64,000 nt of DNA from Eledone cirrhosa (GCA_964016885.1 OZ024740.1:359042001-359106000), one strand, 5' to 3'. Counted from the stretch's first letter, positions 1-13,530 are shown. Translations and numbers: made by a program. Notes: generated from the sequence alone by a model not told the origin.

Positions 1-3000
1 TCATATATGTTAAAGTTCATCAGTTGTATCTAAATAGTTTGGATTGCCATTGCATAATACCTGTCATAATTAGAAGACGTTATTTGGAAATGTACTTTTA
101 ATGTATTTTAAATATAAATTATGTTAGCACAGTTACTTCTCACTAACCATCTTGTTGTGGCGAGATGAATAATTTTTAATGGGCCTTCACCATAGTTGAT
201 TAATTACTATATGTTCATTAAAGAGTCGTTTTGCAATGTACCTTTGTTGAACCTGATATATGTGTCTATTGAGATATAATTAACTTTAGATAATTCTTCA
301 ACATTTTATGAGAATCAAAGTTAGATTTAATTATCTCGTAGCGAAAATTCTTCACATTAGAAATATTTGTTCATGTTTAACCCTTCTATTATTGTATTTT
401 AGTCAAATACACTGCCTATTTGTTTCAATAAATTCTATAAATAACCAAAATGCGAGGGAATTCAATGAAATACTAGTAAGCTGATATTTAGAACATAATA
501 ATATAATTATGATGGGATGTTGTAATATAGGAAAAACAATTTTATAAATGAGTATACATTTCAAAATATCGAGATTTCCTTTTTTAAAAAAAGTTAGCTT
601 GGGCTGACATCGGTGATTCTTGAGCATAATAAAGCCCTAGGTTTATAAAAGTGCACTGTATATTCAAAAATCGCCTAGCCTTCCGCCACGTTACTAACTG
701 CTGCAAACAATTTTCAGTTTAATATCAGAGAACCACTATGCGGTCGTTCATCATGCCAGAAATAACAGCTAGATATCCCATAATTTACAGCTTATTATCT
801 TTATATATATTTAAATTTTACTGATTAAACAAAAATTTTATGAATATAAATTTCTAAATAAATTTGAAAAGTAGTGGGTTTGAGCAATGATAATATTTTA
901 TGCGGCCCAAATTAAGGAAAGTCGTCTTCAGATATAGCGTAATCTGATATTTGTAGCCCAATCTGGCAGCCATGGGTATCATCTGCTTAGTAAAACGAGT
1001 CGTTTATGTACAGAGAAAAAGAGAGAGTATGCAGATCAAATGCAATTCCATCAGCCTATGTCACAATAATGAAATCTAACAATTAGACTTCGCCACAAGA
1101 GACGAAAAATAGATTGAACATGTTTGCCCATTGAGTTTATACGTTCATCTAGAGGTTGATGTATAGTAGAGTTTATCCCACAAAGACATAAGGATGCTAT
1201 CTGAGTCCAAGTTCTGACTGAAGGATTAAATTTTAATGGTTTTATTGATATCTTTGAATTCCACATGGTTTCAGAAACATCTGTAATTATATAAATCAGT
1301 TTGTATTACTTCGATCTGGATCGGGATATTTTTTGTTTATATGATTACGTGACTCAATATCGATTCTCTGTCAAACCCGTTTCACTTAATTTAATAATGC
1401 TTTAGAAGATAGAGGAATATTAACATCTTTCTCCAATTCTCAGTGAGTGTGTGTGTGTTTTTATTTGTTTGGTAGGGGTGCTATAAATTTAAGTTAGTGC
1501 ACCTATATCAGAAATCAATTTACTTGTAGAATGATCACGTGAGAAAATGTTTCTATCATGCTGAAGAATCAGCTCCTAACAATGATTGCCTGTTAAGAAA
1601 ATCTTACAACAGATTCCATAGATCTGCGGTTTGTAGTGGGTCGAGCATAGAAATATAGGAATTTATCAACAAGGTGGGAAGCAATTGAAAATAAATCAGT
1701 TTTTAGCCACAAAAGGCTTAGTGAAAAGTAACTCTGTAAAAAGGCGATTCATTAAAATGTCTTTTAGACATGTCCTCTTAAAGAGGCGATTCATTAAATG
1801 TCTTTTAGAGATGTCCTCTTTTATTTGCAACAAGTTTTATAAAATAAATTTTCCTGTTATGTACTTAGATGAAACAGTTGAGTAAATTTAAAAAGAAATG
1901 TTTCTATACGTTGGATAAGAAAGAAAAGAGCAGCTCGTATAAATGCAGCTAGAGAACCTAAATTGTCGAATTTGTGAAATTAAACATTAACAATTTACAG
2001 CATACCAAGAAGCAATGCAAAGTTGAAAATGATATGTTCCCTATCTTGATACTAAATAATAGACTATTTTAAAACGAAATATGAAAGTTGGAAATTTGCT
2101 GTTGTGATTTTACATCAAATGAAGATGTAGGATTCATATTTGGATTCATATTTGGTGTGATTTTGGTAAGCATATGTATGTTAGTTCGAGATAAATATTT
2201 TCATCTTGAACTTGCAGATGCGACAGATGAGACTGACGAGTATTTTCTAGAATATCAGCGGTCAGTGACTTGTAAATGCTTAAGAGGTTATTTCTTCCAT
2301 GTCAACCAAGTCAGAATAATGTTTCTATCCGATTTCCATGCTGAAATCCGCTGAACAAGATTTATTAAATTTCTATCTCTTCCATAATAAGCAGTATCTC
2401 TCTCTTTCATTTAATTATGATAAAAGTGTTCCTGACCTTATATATGGTTCAACTGACGAACATATTCGACAAATCATGCTCTACGATCAAAGCAAGTGCA
2501 GTAGTAAAATCCTTTCGGAGTAATGCCGTATGTGATAGAACAGGAGGGTGGTTATTTTCCAGTTTCAAAAGAAATGGTGACTTCAGCCTAAAACTCTGGA
2601 AGTGATTGTTGTAGCAAATCATGCCATTACAACTAGGGATCTTAGTGGGCATTTCAATGTTAGTCCTAAGTAAGGTGTCAATTATTGTGAGGCATTGAAT
2701 TCGTTGCAGTCGTCATCACCGACCTCTTTATTGTTGTTGAATCTCATGATCAAAAGCTTTCCACTCATGACCATCCTGGATTTTAGTGCTATCGGGAACT
2801 ATATTATGTAATATGTATTCTTTCCTTGTTTATGTCGGTATGTTGTGAGTCGAGTGAGATTTGTCTGACATTTCTTTCAGATACTGTAATAATGCTGAGG
2901 CTCCCCCTTTGACGTGTAAATGATTGTGAGAGGTTGGTACTTAAGTATCTTTCCCACAGACATCACAGTTGTAAATGAAGTGTCATGGAAACACGCGATA

Positions 3001-4055
3001 ATAGAAATTTCATGGGAAACTGAGATGTTTTATTCTCTTATATTTTTTATATTCCTTACCTCTCGTTCGTCGTGCGCCTACTACTCTATTTACAAATGTC
3101 AAAGCTCCCTTAGGAAATGTATCGAAAGTAATTCCATTGCGTTATACATCAGGATGAATTGCACGAGAATTGCCTAATACCCCTTCACTGTGCCTCACCC
3201 AAATATTTCATTCATTGGTTAAGAGCTTTTTATCAAATTTCACAAATTCTCTTGTGTACTAATGATTAATTTTCCATCACTTCTAATAAACCCATCTCAC
3301 CGTATGAAGATAATACTGTTTTATACACTTAGTTAACCTTTCGTAATCATCTGTCATTTACATGTAGTGGAGGCACCTCATATCAATCTGGCTCTGAAAA
3401 TATTTCTAATAACATACCTGTCACGTTCAACAACACAGACACAATCGTTGCACATGTCAATGATAAATCGCGTCACAATACATGGACGACAGGCTACGAA
3501 AACTTTCAATTTCGCTACAATTGTTACGCTTCACAGTCTCTTATCTGTCTTTTGTGGTATTCTCTCATTAAAGCATATAAAGATTAGCCTTTTATTTTAG
3601 AATCAGTAAATACTGTAGCTCTGATAAGACGTTGACTTTCAATGGAATACTGAACTACGACGTTGTTGCTACTACATACACAAATATATTTACGTCATCC
3701 AAAGGAAATCTATCTAGTGGTTTCACAAAGTTTCAATCAGCAAAATACAAAACACTATTACTACAGATGCGCTGTCTTCTCACCTAATCTTTTCCACAAC
3801 TACAACTACATTTTCGCAACAGAAAGTGTTAGTTGCACAAAATCTCTCCAAAACCCAACCCCACCTCACATACATGATCAATGTTAAACTGTAGGTAAAT
3901 AGCATTTTAATGTTTACCATGTCAATCACACCAGTCTCGTAGTAGAAACCATTTCCACCTGAGTAAACATTAAAAAGAAAGGATCTCATCAACAACGAAA
4001 CTAAATTTTTATAGATCTTCTCGTTGCTGATACTATTTGCTGTTCGCAACTCCTA

Positions 4056-4275
4056 GTAAAAGGAGGTGGGATTTGAACTCAGAACGCACATAGCCCGATC
4101 AGGTACTGCAAAGCTCTTCATCCGACTGTTTGTACAATTCCGCTTATGAACTGTTGCTTTATTTATCGACAACGAAAGAATGAAAGACAAAGCTGACATT
4201 GTAGGGATATGAATGCAGAGGCCTGAAACAAATACCGAGGTATTTAATCCAACATTCTAGCTATTAGGACAATTT
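4056..4275 (-). mobile_element. Two degenerate tRNA-derived SINE fragments
   Basis: Diverged matches to the SINE below (gggatttgaactcagaa at ~4068; tttatttatcgac...gaatgaaagacaaag at ~4158). Confidence 0.55.
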
Positions 4276-7200
4276 GTTGCCACGAATTATATGATGATCG
4301 ATATTTCGTGCTGGTATATAATATCAATATATGTTCAACATATTTTATGTTTTGTACGGTAAAACATTGTAAATGCGTTCTGTAAATGATTTGTTTTTCT
4401 TTTTTCTCTGCAAATTAAATATGAAAATGGAATTTAGATATCGGCTTTTCATAATATACATTTCAAAATTATAATGAATTTCCCGAAATAATATATAGAC
4501 TAAGGACTTATTCAGTTTGGATATTTAATCTTCTATAATCTTGTCTTATTGAGGATGAGTTTTATTGAATAGATTATCGTTTGTTACTAAAATAATTATC
4601 CGGCCAATATTTTTTGCAGCTAATTCCTTCTATTCTCGAAACGTAGGTTGTTGGCCAATATTTTTTAATTTTATGACAAGCATCGTTCAGCAACCAATAA
4701 AGTAGCAGACATATTTTGATTCACATGAGAAACCATTCTACTTGACATATGTTTGTAGTGCTTTTGGCAAATTATTAAATTATAATATATGGAGGCTTTT
4801 GCAATGAACAGCTAGTATGACTTTCTATCTCAAGTGGAGTCTTGTTGAGTAGGATCTTGATTTTAGAAATACGTTACTAAGACTTCAGTTAACGAAGTAT
4901 CATTTCAGTTTTCATCTTTCCTTTAGAACGTTTATGACATGAAAATATCCCAGCATTTTAACTGCCTACAATGTATTACAAAATACATTACATAGCAAAA
5001 CAAAACTGAATATTAGATATCAAATATATCAACCAATGAAAAATTAGCGGTATCAAATTGAAATAAAATACAATTCTGTCACGCCTCTGCATTTATAAAT
5101 TGTGTTTATGAGATGAATAAAATTAAACTCAAAATATGTCGCAGTGGTATGTGTTAGCATTAACTCGTCACTTTAATTATTATAATAGGGAATTACTATT
5201 TATCTATTCAGTGTCGTTTGGATTACCTAGGTTCGATAAGAAACTTTCTTTCTTTTATATAGAGAGAAATCGCGTGATATTTCTAGTATTTTCATTTTTT
5301 TTCTTTTTTTTTCGTCTAGATCTTTCTCCCACTGTCACATTGCTCAGTGGCTATGACAATTTGCTTCGTTTCATTTCAAATTCATTTCTTAATAAATCTA
5401 CCTGTGGCTATAGAAGAATTTTTATCTATATTTAATTACTTTCAAATAAATATTTTATTTGAATATACAGCCATAGCCATGTATTATTCTTATGCCTACA
5501 ACTACTCCTGTAGATTGTAAATATAGATATACCATTCACTTACACAGCTCTGTATCATTTATTATGCCTGCTACTAATGCTGCTACATTATGAGATAGTT
5601 AGCGACCTCTCAACCTCATTCCTAGAAAAGTAAGTACTGATTTCTCTTGTAGAACCTATCCTTTGTTGAACAGAATACCTTCCAGCATCAATTCCTGTTT
5701 TGCTATGTTCGTGAACGAAACACCTGTTCTTTAATGTACCCGATTTTGCAGTAAAATAAATGGAACATGTAAAGGAAAACAAGGTATAATTTTCGACCTA
5801 ATTAGAAATATACACACAAAAACAGGAATATATTAATTTTTGGAGTCTTAATACCATGAATCTAGAACGTTGGAAAACCCTTAGGAACGCATAAACGTAA
5901 AAGACACGTATGAAAATTCTTTATTTTTAAAGTGTCAATTGTTGTAGTAAGAGAGAGGCAAGTGAAATATAGCTTAAGTGAAATATAACTTAAGAATATT
6001 CTAAATTTAGAAGAACCTCATTATTTGCATATTAATATGAAGTACACATTCATGAATTTCCTTGTTCATTAAAATATATACATATATTCAGAGACATACG
6101 CAAATGCAAGTGTGTTGCTGTATACGCACTCGTACAGTAAGGTGATGATACACACCCTTGACATCTGCACAATTTAGATCTAGGATATATTTAATTGAAA
6201 AACAGGGAGGAAGATCACATGTGAGATTAATTTTGGAAGAGGGGGTGATGGAAAATAGCACTATAAAAATTAGAAACAAACAAAAATTCATTATCTGCGG
6301 AACATAGGTTTCCAGCCTAGAATGAGACGCTTTTCCTTGAGTTTACAGGCGTCGTTTCTGTCACAGTGCTTGTAACAACACAACTTGAGAGCTGTTCAGA
6401 TGCGTGTCCAGGTGGGCTTATGTGACGCGATACGAGTATGAGGTGAACATAGGCATCTTACTAATTTTGAGAAATGCGCACTGAACAATGCTATGAACAA
6501 TGACTTGCAGAATTTGTAGTTTCTGTCGGGAAGACACAGACCAGGTACTCGGTCTTGTGAACCATAGTGTGAGAGCTCTGATGGAATACTGGTTTGGGAA
6601 TAAATGGAAATGCAAAACAAAAATAAATAAACAGAAACCAGAAAAAATAAAGGTCGTAACTTCATTATAAAGCATGGGATAATTGAGATGTTTCTCATAT
6701 CCAGTGGCAGTGTTTTTAATATTATTGGATCATTGTATTCTATAGCAAATTTTAACTAATTTTTTTTGTTCTGATAGGAGGTTTAATTGGCAACAATGAA
6801 AGAATAGTAGGGGGAAGACTTCCTTTAGTTCAATTGCTCTGAAACAGTTATAACGTTTCAGTTATTCATTCTTCAACTAAGAGTGAAGAAGACAGAGAAA
6901 ATGGCATTGTCATTTTGGCTATCGGCAAAACCATTCTGAAGTGATTGAATTGTGTAAGATTCTAAGTATATTTCGAACGACTTTTCGTGATGATGTCGAG
7001 TATGGTGGTGATGGTGATATATGGATAGTGTGAACACGAAAAATAAGGTTAATATTTTGCAAGTATCTAACATATCTAATATTGTACCATGCATAGGAGT
7101 AAATTTCACCGCGCGGTAACTTAATCACTAGAAATATATACGCATATATCTTTAGTAACTTTTTTGTTTTGTTTATTACACTGCCTGCTTGGAAATATGA

Positions 7201-7302
7201 ATAGATAAACAAATACAATTAGTAGAATATAAGGCCTTTGTTTGAAAACGTGTTTTATAATTTGTTTGAGCTTCTGAATGAAGAATGTATTAGTAAAATA
7301 AT

Positions 7303-7476
7303 TGTTTCTATTTTTGGCACAAGGCCAGCAATTACCCAGTGCACTACTGGTGCTTTATTTTATCGACCCAGGAAGAATGAAAGGCATAGTTAACCTCGAC
7401 AGGATTTGAACTCAGACCGCAAAGGGACGTAAGTATGCTGGAAAGCATAGTGTCCGACCCTCTACCGATATTGCCA
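7303..7476 (-). mobile_element. tRNA-derived SINE (Meta-domain-like), first of a tandem pair
   Basis: Minus strand has A-box-like tggcaatatcgg, B-box gagttcaaatcc, central ttcatt/ccttc..gggtcgataaaataaag and tail ccttgtgccaaaa..agaaaca; flanked by attagtaaaataat. Confidence 0.9.
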
Positions 7477-7490
7477 ATTAGTAAAATAAT

Positions 7491-7666
7491 TGTTTCTACG
7501 TTTGGCACAAGGCCAGCAATAACCCAGTACATTACTGGTACTTTATTTTATCGACCCCGTAAGGATGAATGGCAAAGTTAACCTCGGCGGGATTGAACTC
7601 AGAATGGCAAGGGCCGTAACTCTATGCGTCAAAGCATGGCGTCCGACCCTCTACCGATACTGCCAA
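7491..7666 (-). mobile_element. tRNA-derived SINE, second of the tandem pair
   Basis: Same family; attagtaaaataat occurs at 7289, 7477 and 7673. Confidence 0.9.
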
Positions 7667-8356
7667 AGTAAAATTAGTAAAATAATGTGTACATAATATA
7701 TTGGTTTATATATGGATTAGCATCGTTCTATTTGTATCCTATGACAACAATTTCCTGATATTTCGAATGAAATAATTCTATTGAAATTTCAAATTCAATA
7801 TTATTTTAATGTATATATGTATATATAAGAGTATATTTTTCTCTACTATTTAGTCGGCCTTTTGTTTGTAATTACAATTTACATTATATATCAACCTGTA
7901 GTTCAGCTACAGCATGCAAATATTTGTCCGTTTTCCTTCCAACTAACCTACACACCTAAACGAACTTCTGAAAGCGAAAATCAAAGTGTTTCAATTTCCA
8001 TTGTCTATACATTTGTAGCCTAGTAAAATCTTATTCCGCTTCATATCGCTTTACTTCCTTACTACTAACATATGTCATTGTTCCAAAATAAAACGGAAGA
8101 AAATATATTAAAATAAATTGCTGCCTCTTCTCTTCTGATAACATAGCATGGAACTAATGGTCCAATTTGTTTGTTCATGAGAGTACACATGGGTTGTTAT
8201 AAATATATATATCCGCTTAGGTGAAATAACTGTTGAAATAACTGTTGTGTTACCAATTCTACCTAATTCGTCCCATGGACCCACTGCTCTACTACTAAGA
8301 TATTACCTTCCAGTGTTCTACATCTCCCTCTCTCTCTCTATATATATATATATATG

Positions 8357-8503
8357 CATTACTGGTACATTATTTTATCGACCCCGTAAGGATGAAAGGC
8401 AAAGTTAACCTCGGCGGGATTTGAACTCAGATCATAAAGGGAGGTAACACTATGCTTCAAAGCATGGCGTCCGACCCTCTATCGATACTGTCAATCCACC
8501 GCC
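8357..8503 (-). mobile_element. tRNA-derived SINE, 3'-truncated at a (TA)n tract
   Basis: Minus strand ggcggtggattgacagtatcg...gagttcaaatcccgccgagg...ggggtcgataaaata. Confidence 0.9.
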
Positions 8504-8554
8504 ATTGCCAGAAATAATAATAATAATATATATACATATATATATTATATATAT

Positions 8555-10456
8555 ATGTATATATATATATATAATATAACGAGCGAAGTAACCCTTAAGC
8601 ACATCAATGATGAGGCATGCGAAATAGTGAAAAATCTCGGAATCGAAGATAGGACAGGACCACTCTTACCGGCGGTACCCACCTTCAATCTTAAGGACCA
8701 CAAGGTAAACTTTGATAATGACCCTAAAATAAGATTAATCTGCCCCTCTAAATCAGATATAGGTAAAATAAGCAAATATATCTTAGATAGAATCATCCCC
8801 CAAATTAAGGCTAAGGTTAACATTAAACTCTGGGGGAAGACCCAAGAAGCAATAAGATGGTTTAATAGCATTAGCAATAAGAATAAATCTAAGTTTATCC
8901 AGTTTGATATCGATGAATATTACTCATCGATATCACCTGAAACTTTGAATAGAGCCATTAAGTTTGCTAAGGATAACTCTGACCTTACAAACGATGAAAT
9001 TAAGATTATATTAGAAGCTAGGAAAACTATAGTCAAATTTGAGAACAGTTATTGGGTACGTAAAGATAGACCCTCTAACTTTGACATAACAATGGGCTCT
9101 AACGATTCGGCGGAAATAACTGATATTGTGGGGTTATTTATCGCCTTTAGACTCCAGGAAAAATTCAGCAATCTCCACGGCGGAATATACCGCGACGATG
9201 TTCTCCTCCTAGCTAAAAACCTTAATAACCAAAAACTAGAAAAACTACGCAAAGATATAAGAAAACTACTACTCGAAATAGGACTAACTATAACATATGA
9301 ATACAACCTTAAAGTAGTTAACTTCCTGGATGTCACACTCAATTTAAACTCTGGTTTGATTAAACCGTTTCATAAATTGAATGAAAATCTCAAATACGTA
9401 AATGTTGGGTCTAACCACCCCATCTCTATAATTAAATCTATCCCTAAAAATATTTCCCTTAGAATCTCGGGTCTATCTTCTAACATACAAGTATTTAAGG
9501 AACACGCCGAGTACTACGATAACGCCCTTAGTAAAGCAGGCTACCTCAACAAAACAGAGTACATAGATGGGAACAATCAAAACACCCAAAATAAATCCCA
9601 CATAGGTAGATATAATAACACAACACCAAACCACACTTACTACCATAGTATGCACACCAGTAAACCAACAAACAAAACTAATAGAAAGCGATGCAAGGAG
9701 TACTTATGGTATAACCCCGAATACAATAGCTCCATTAGTACAAATTTACCAGTACTCTTCTTTAAAATAATTAAAAGACATTTTCCCACATCACACAAAT
9801 ACCACAAAATCCTAAACCCTACCACTATAAGACTGTCATACTCTACAGCGTTAAACCTTGAACAACACATAAAAAAGATCAATACTAGAAGGTTAAACGA
9901 AAACACTAAGAACTTAAGTACAAAGAACCCCCCAAAAACAGTAGACAATACACTACAGAACATAAATAAACCACACCTAAGTTCGTCCGCAATACTACTC
10001 CAGAGAAAACCCAACGTACACAACTGTAACTGCACCTATCCTGACAACTGCCCCCTCGGCAATAACTGCCTGGAAAAAAATATTATTTATAAGTGTACCA
10101 TTAAATCCGGAGGCAACGAGTGGTATTACGTGGGATCAACGGCAACATCGTTTAAATCTCGATTGTATAGGCATTCTTACTCAATAAAACACCAGAGCCA
10201 AAGAAATGTAACAACTTTAGCAGAAAAAGCTTGGACGCTCAGGGATAGCAATCAAAAGTTTACCCTAAAATGGGAAAAATTAGCTAAAACCCAAAGCTTT
10301 TCCAGGAGCCAAAATTTCTGCAAATTGTGTAATCTTGAGATTTATTACATAATCACACACAAGAAGAAACTGCTGAATAACAGAATTGAACGAACATTAT
10401 TCTGCCGTCACAGAACTAAAACCCTTTTTTCCCACTACAAGCCGAATATTACATAA
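8555..10456 (+). CDS. Penelope-like element protein (RT plus C-terminal GIY-YIG endonuclease), 5'-truncated, Naiad-like
   Basis: Uninterrupted 633-codon frame with FDIDEYYSSI, FDITMGSNDSAE, GIYRDD, NFLDVTLNL, linker WYNP..HFP..IRLSYS, CNC..CPL...C, IIY..YYVGST, FKSR, CKLCNLE, CRHR. The Met comes from the microsatellite; real coding sequence starts at ~8573. Confidence 0.93.
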   Translation: MYIYIYNITSEVTLKHINDEACEIVKNLGIEDRTGPLLPAVPTFNLKDHKVNFDNDPKIRLICPSKSDIGKISKYILDRIIPQIKAKVNIKLWGKTQEAIRWFNSISNKNKSKFIQFDIDEYYSSISPETLNRAIKFAKDNSDLTNDEIKIILEARKTIVKFENSYWVRKDRPSNFDITMGSNDSAEITDIVGLFIAFRLQEKFSNLHGGIYRDDVLLLAKNLNNQKLEKLRKDIRKLLLEIGLTITYEYNLKVVNFLDVTLNLNSGLIKPFHKLNENLKYVNVGSNHPISIIKSIPKNISLRISGLSSNIQVFKEHAEYYDNALSKAGYLNKTEYIDGNNQNTQNKSHIGRYNNTTPNHTYYHSMHTSKPTNKTNRKRCKEYLWYNPEYNSSISTNLPVLFFKIIKRHFPTSHKYHKILNPTTIRLSYSTALNLEQHIKKINTRRLNENTKNLSTKNPPKTVDNTLQNINKPHLSSSAILLQRKPNVHNCNCTYPDNCPLGNNCLEKNIIYKCTIKSGGNEWYYVGSTATSFKSRLYRHSYSIKHQSQRNVTTLAEKAWTLRDSNQKFTLKWEKLAKTQSFSRSQNFCKLCNLEIYYIITHKKKLLNNRIERTLFCRHRTKTLFSHYKPNIT

Positions 10457-10627
10457 AAGAGGGACATCCCCCAACTATATAAACCTTAATCTAGTTAGAA
10501 AAATATAAAAACAATCTCTTCTCAACATATATTAATAACCTTAAATTACCATACTAATAATGAAAAGATATGCTGATGAGAATAGGTACAAATATGCGAT
10601 AATGAATGTGTCTAAAAACGTCCATAA

Positions 10628-11150
<523 letters not shown>

Positions 11151-11444
11151 TGCGTGGGTGAAAGAATACGTACACTTGAAAGAAAAATTTAAGTCTGAAT
11201 GTTAAGTGCAAACACAAAACCAACCACGCATATCTTTACTATCTCTAATCCTTCTATAGATTTAGAAAAATAACCAATAATATATTCCATAAAAAATGTC
11301 AAAACAACAGATGGGAATCTAATTACTCACTGCCACCAAGAATTCTCACTGCTATCGAAAAACCACTCCTTCAACTATTCTTCTAACAACTTCACCCCTC
11401 CCTCCTAATATTCTCTATAAAAACTAAATAGGTCCTCAGTAATA

Positions 11445-11561
11445 TTATTCTGATGAAATGACAGTAAATAATAACATTGAAATATTGAATGTCTGCATAA
11501 CTAAAAGTTTGTAGATAGCTGTTTTAGGTTATGTAACTGTTATAGAAACACGTGTCAATAA
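11445..11561 (+). ncRNA. Type I hammerhead ribozyme (minimal stem III, long stem II insert)
   Basis: uuauu-CUGAUGA-a-augacagu...acuguuau-a-GAAAC-ACGU-GUC^aauaa; stem I uuauu/aauaa; palindromic ACACGUGU; predicted cleavage after 11556. Confidence 0.8.
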
Positions 11562-11711
11562 ATTCCTTTCAACTAAACTGTATCCATTCAAATCTTTCTA
11601 TTTTTCTCCGGATTACTTTTGGAACTACAACTGGAACCGTCGAGCAAACTCTACGTGAGCTGATAATCTACTGTGTGTAATATTTATATTACAACACAAC
11701 GGAAAATACTG

Positions 11712-11760
<49 letters not shown>

Positions 11761-11986
11761 TATATATATAAGTATGTATACGTACATACATATATGTATA
11801 CGGACGTACAGTAGTATGTATATATATATATATATATATACATACATGCACACATATATATATGTACGTATGGATTCACCGAACATTTATTATAATGCTC
11901 GCTGTGTTTGTAAACAAACATCCCGAATTAAGCCGTGCAGTGTCTAGCAACCATCGTTGCTCATTTGTTCAACACTGACAAAGGAA

Positions 11987-12027
11987 CGCTGTACTAGTTT
12001 CAAGCTTATTAGCTATCGTCAGCAACG
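11987..12027 (-). ncRNA. Minimal type I hammerhead ribozyme
   Basis: cguug-CUGACGA-u-agcu-aaua-agcu-u-GAAAC-UA-GUA^cagcg. Confidence 0.85.
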
Positions 12028-12511
12028 TATACATTCATGCCACGTGGTTGAACGTCTGAACGTATATACTTTCCTTATGCATATTAACGGCTGAGCAGCC
12101 TAATTTGCATATCGAGTGAGTTAATCGGCCGTGAGCACCGAAAACGATAAACGGAAAAAATGAACCGAAATTTCATTTCTCACTCTTAGTACGGCTTTTA
12201 CTTAAATATAAGTATGTATACGTACATACATATATGTATACAGACGTACAGTAGTATGTATATATATATACATACATGCACACATATATATCTACGTATG
12301 GACTCAACGAACATTTATTATAATGCTCGGTGTGTTTGTAAACAAACATCGCGTATTAAGCCGTACATTGAAAAGCAACCATCGTTGCCCTTTTGTTCAA
12401 CACTGACAAAGGAACGATGTACTAGATATGCAAATTAGGCTGCTCAGCCGTTAATATGCATAAGGAAAGTATATACTTTCAGACGTTCAACCATCTGGCA
12501 GGAAGGTATAA

Positions 12512-12550
12512 GGTGCTGACGATAGCTAATAAGCTTGAAACTAGTACATC
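12512..12550 (+). ncRNA. Minimal type I hammerhead ribozyme (inverted copy)
   Basis: ggug-CUGACGA-uagcuaauaagcuu-GAAAC-UA-GUA^cauc; stem I differs from the 11987 copy but still pairs. Confidence 0.85.
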
Positions 12551-12987
12551 GTTTCTTTGTCAGTGTTGAACAAAAGGGCAACGGTGGTTGCTAAACACTG
12601 TACGGCTTAATTCGGGAGCATTATAATAAATGTTCGGTGAATCCATACGTACATATATATATGTGTGCATGTATGTATTTATATACATACTACTGTACGT
12701 CTGTATACATATATGTATGTACGTATACATACTTATATTTAAGTAACAGCCGTAATAAGAGTGAGAAATGAAATTTCGTTTCATTTTTTCCGTATATATA
12801 TATATATATATGAGTGAGAAATGGAATTTAGTTTCATTTTTTCCGTTTATATATATATATAAACGGAAAAAAATGAAACCAAATTTCACTTCTCACTCTT
12901 TGTACGGCTGTTACTTAAATATAAGTATGTATACGTACATACATATATGTATACAGACGTACAGTAGTATGTATATATATACATACA

Positions 12988-13045
<58 letters not shown>

Positions 13046-13048
<3 letters not shown>

Positions 13049-13273
13049 CATTTAATATTCTACCATACTATTTCATTCTAATACCATTATCGGACTGAGT
13101 TCAAATCCCGTCGAGGTTAACTTTGCCTTTCATCCTTACGGGGTCGATAAAATAAAGTACCAGTAATGCACTGGGTAATTGCTGGCCTTGTGCCTAAAGT
13201 AGAAACAATTATAAATTTTAAAGGATTGTAAATAAAACGAGTAAATCAGACAAAGTTGGAATTCCTTTTATTA
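13046..13273. repeat. ~110-bp dispersed repeat interrupted by a SINE
   Basis: Reverse complement of 37714-37820 once 13091-13212 is removed. Confidence 0.85.
13091..13207 (+). mobile_element. 5'-truncated tRNA-derived SINE with attat target duplication
   Basis: gagttcaaatccc...gtagaaaca; attat at 13086-13090 and 13208-13212. Confidence 0.9.
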
Positions 13274-13316
13274 ATATAATCTTCTATACATAATCATACA
13301 CACCCGTGTATATTTA

Positions 13317-13408
<92 letters not shown>

Positions 13409-13471
13409 TGACTGGTGACCTGACACATACATACATACATACATACATACATACATACATACATACATACA

Positions 13472-13507
<36 letters not shown>

Positions 13508-13530
13508 TATATAGTATAACAATACATATA

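Larger units (their letters stand above)
11768..12990. mobile_element. Tandem/inverted array of a ~440-nt HHR-containing non-coding unit (retrozyme-like), locus 1
   Basis: Units start at ~11771 and ~12211; orientation flips at ~12426; further fragments to 12990; same family at 58200-58967 and 61053-61160. Confidence 0.85.

Noticed and set aside
5320-5435. Extra LRR exon (DLSPTVTLLSGYDNLLRFISNSFL) after a strong acceptor
   Set aside because: No good donor at a compatible phase and poor LRR consensus; needs RNA-seq.
8555-10456. Selenoprotein-type Naiad (UGA at conserved Cys)
   Set aside because: Neither Penelope ORF has an in-frame TGA; the Cys codons are ordinary.
10569-10627. Second HHR after the Penelope stop (uaug-CUGAUGA...aaaaacguc-caua)
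   Set aside because: Stem I could pair, but there is no GAAA box and no convincing stem II or III.
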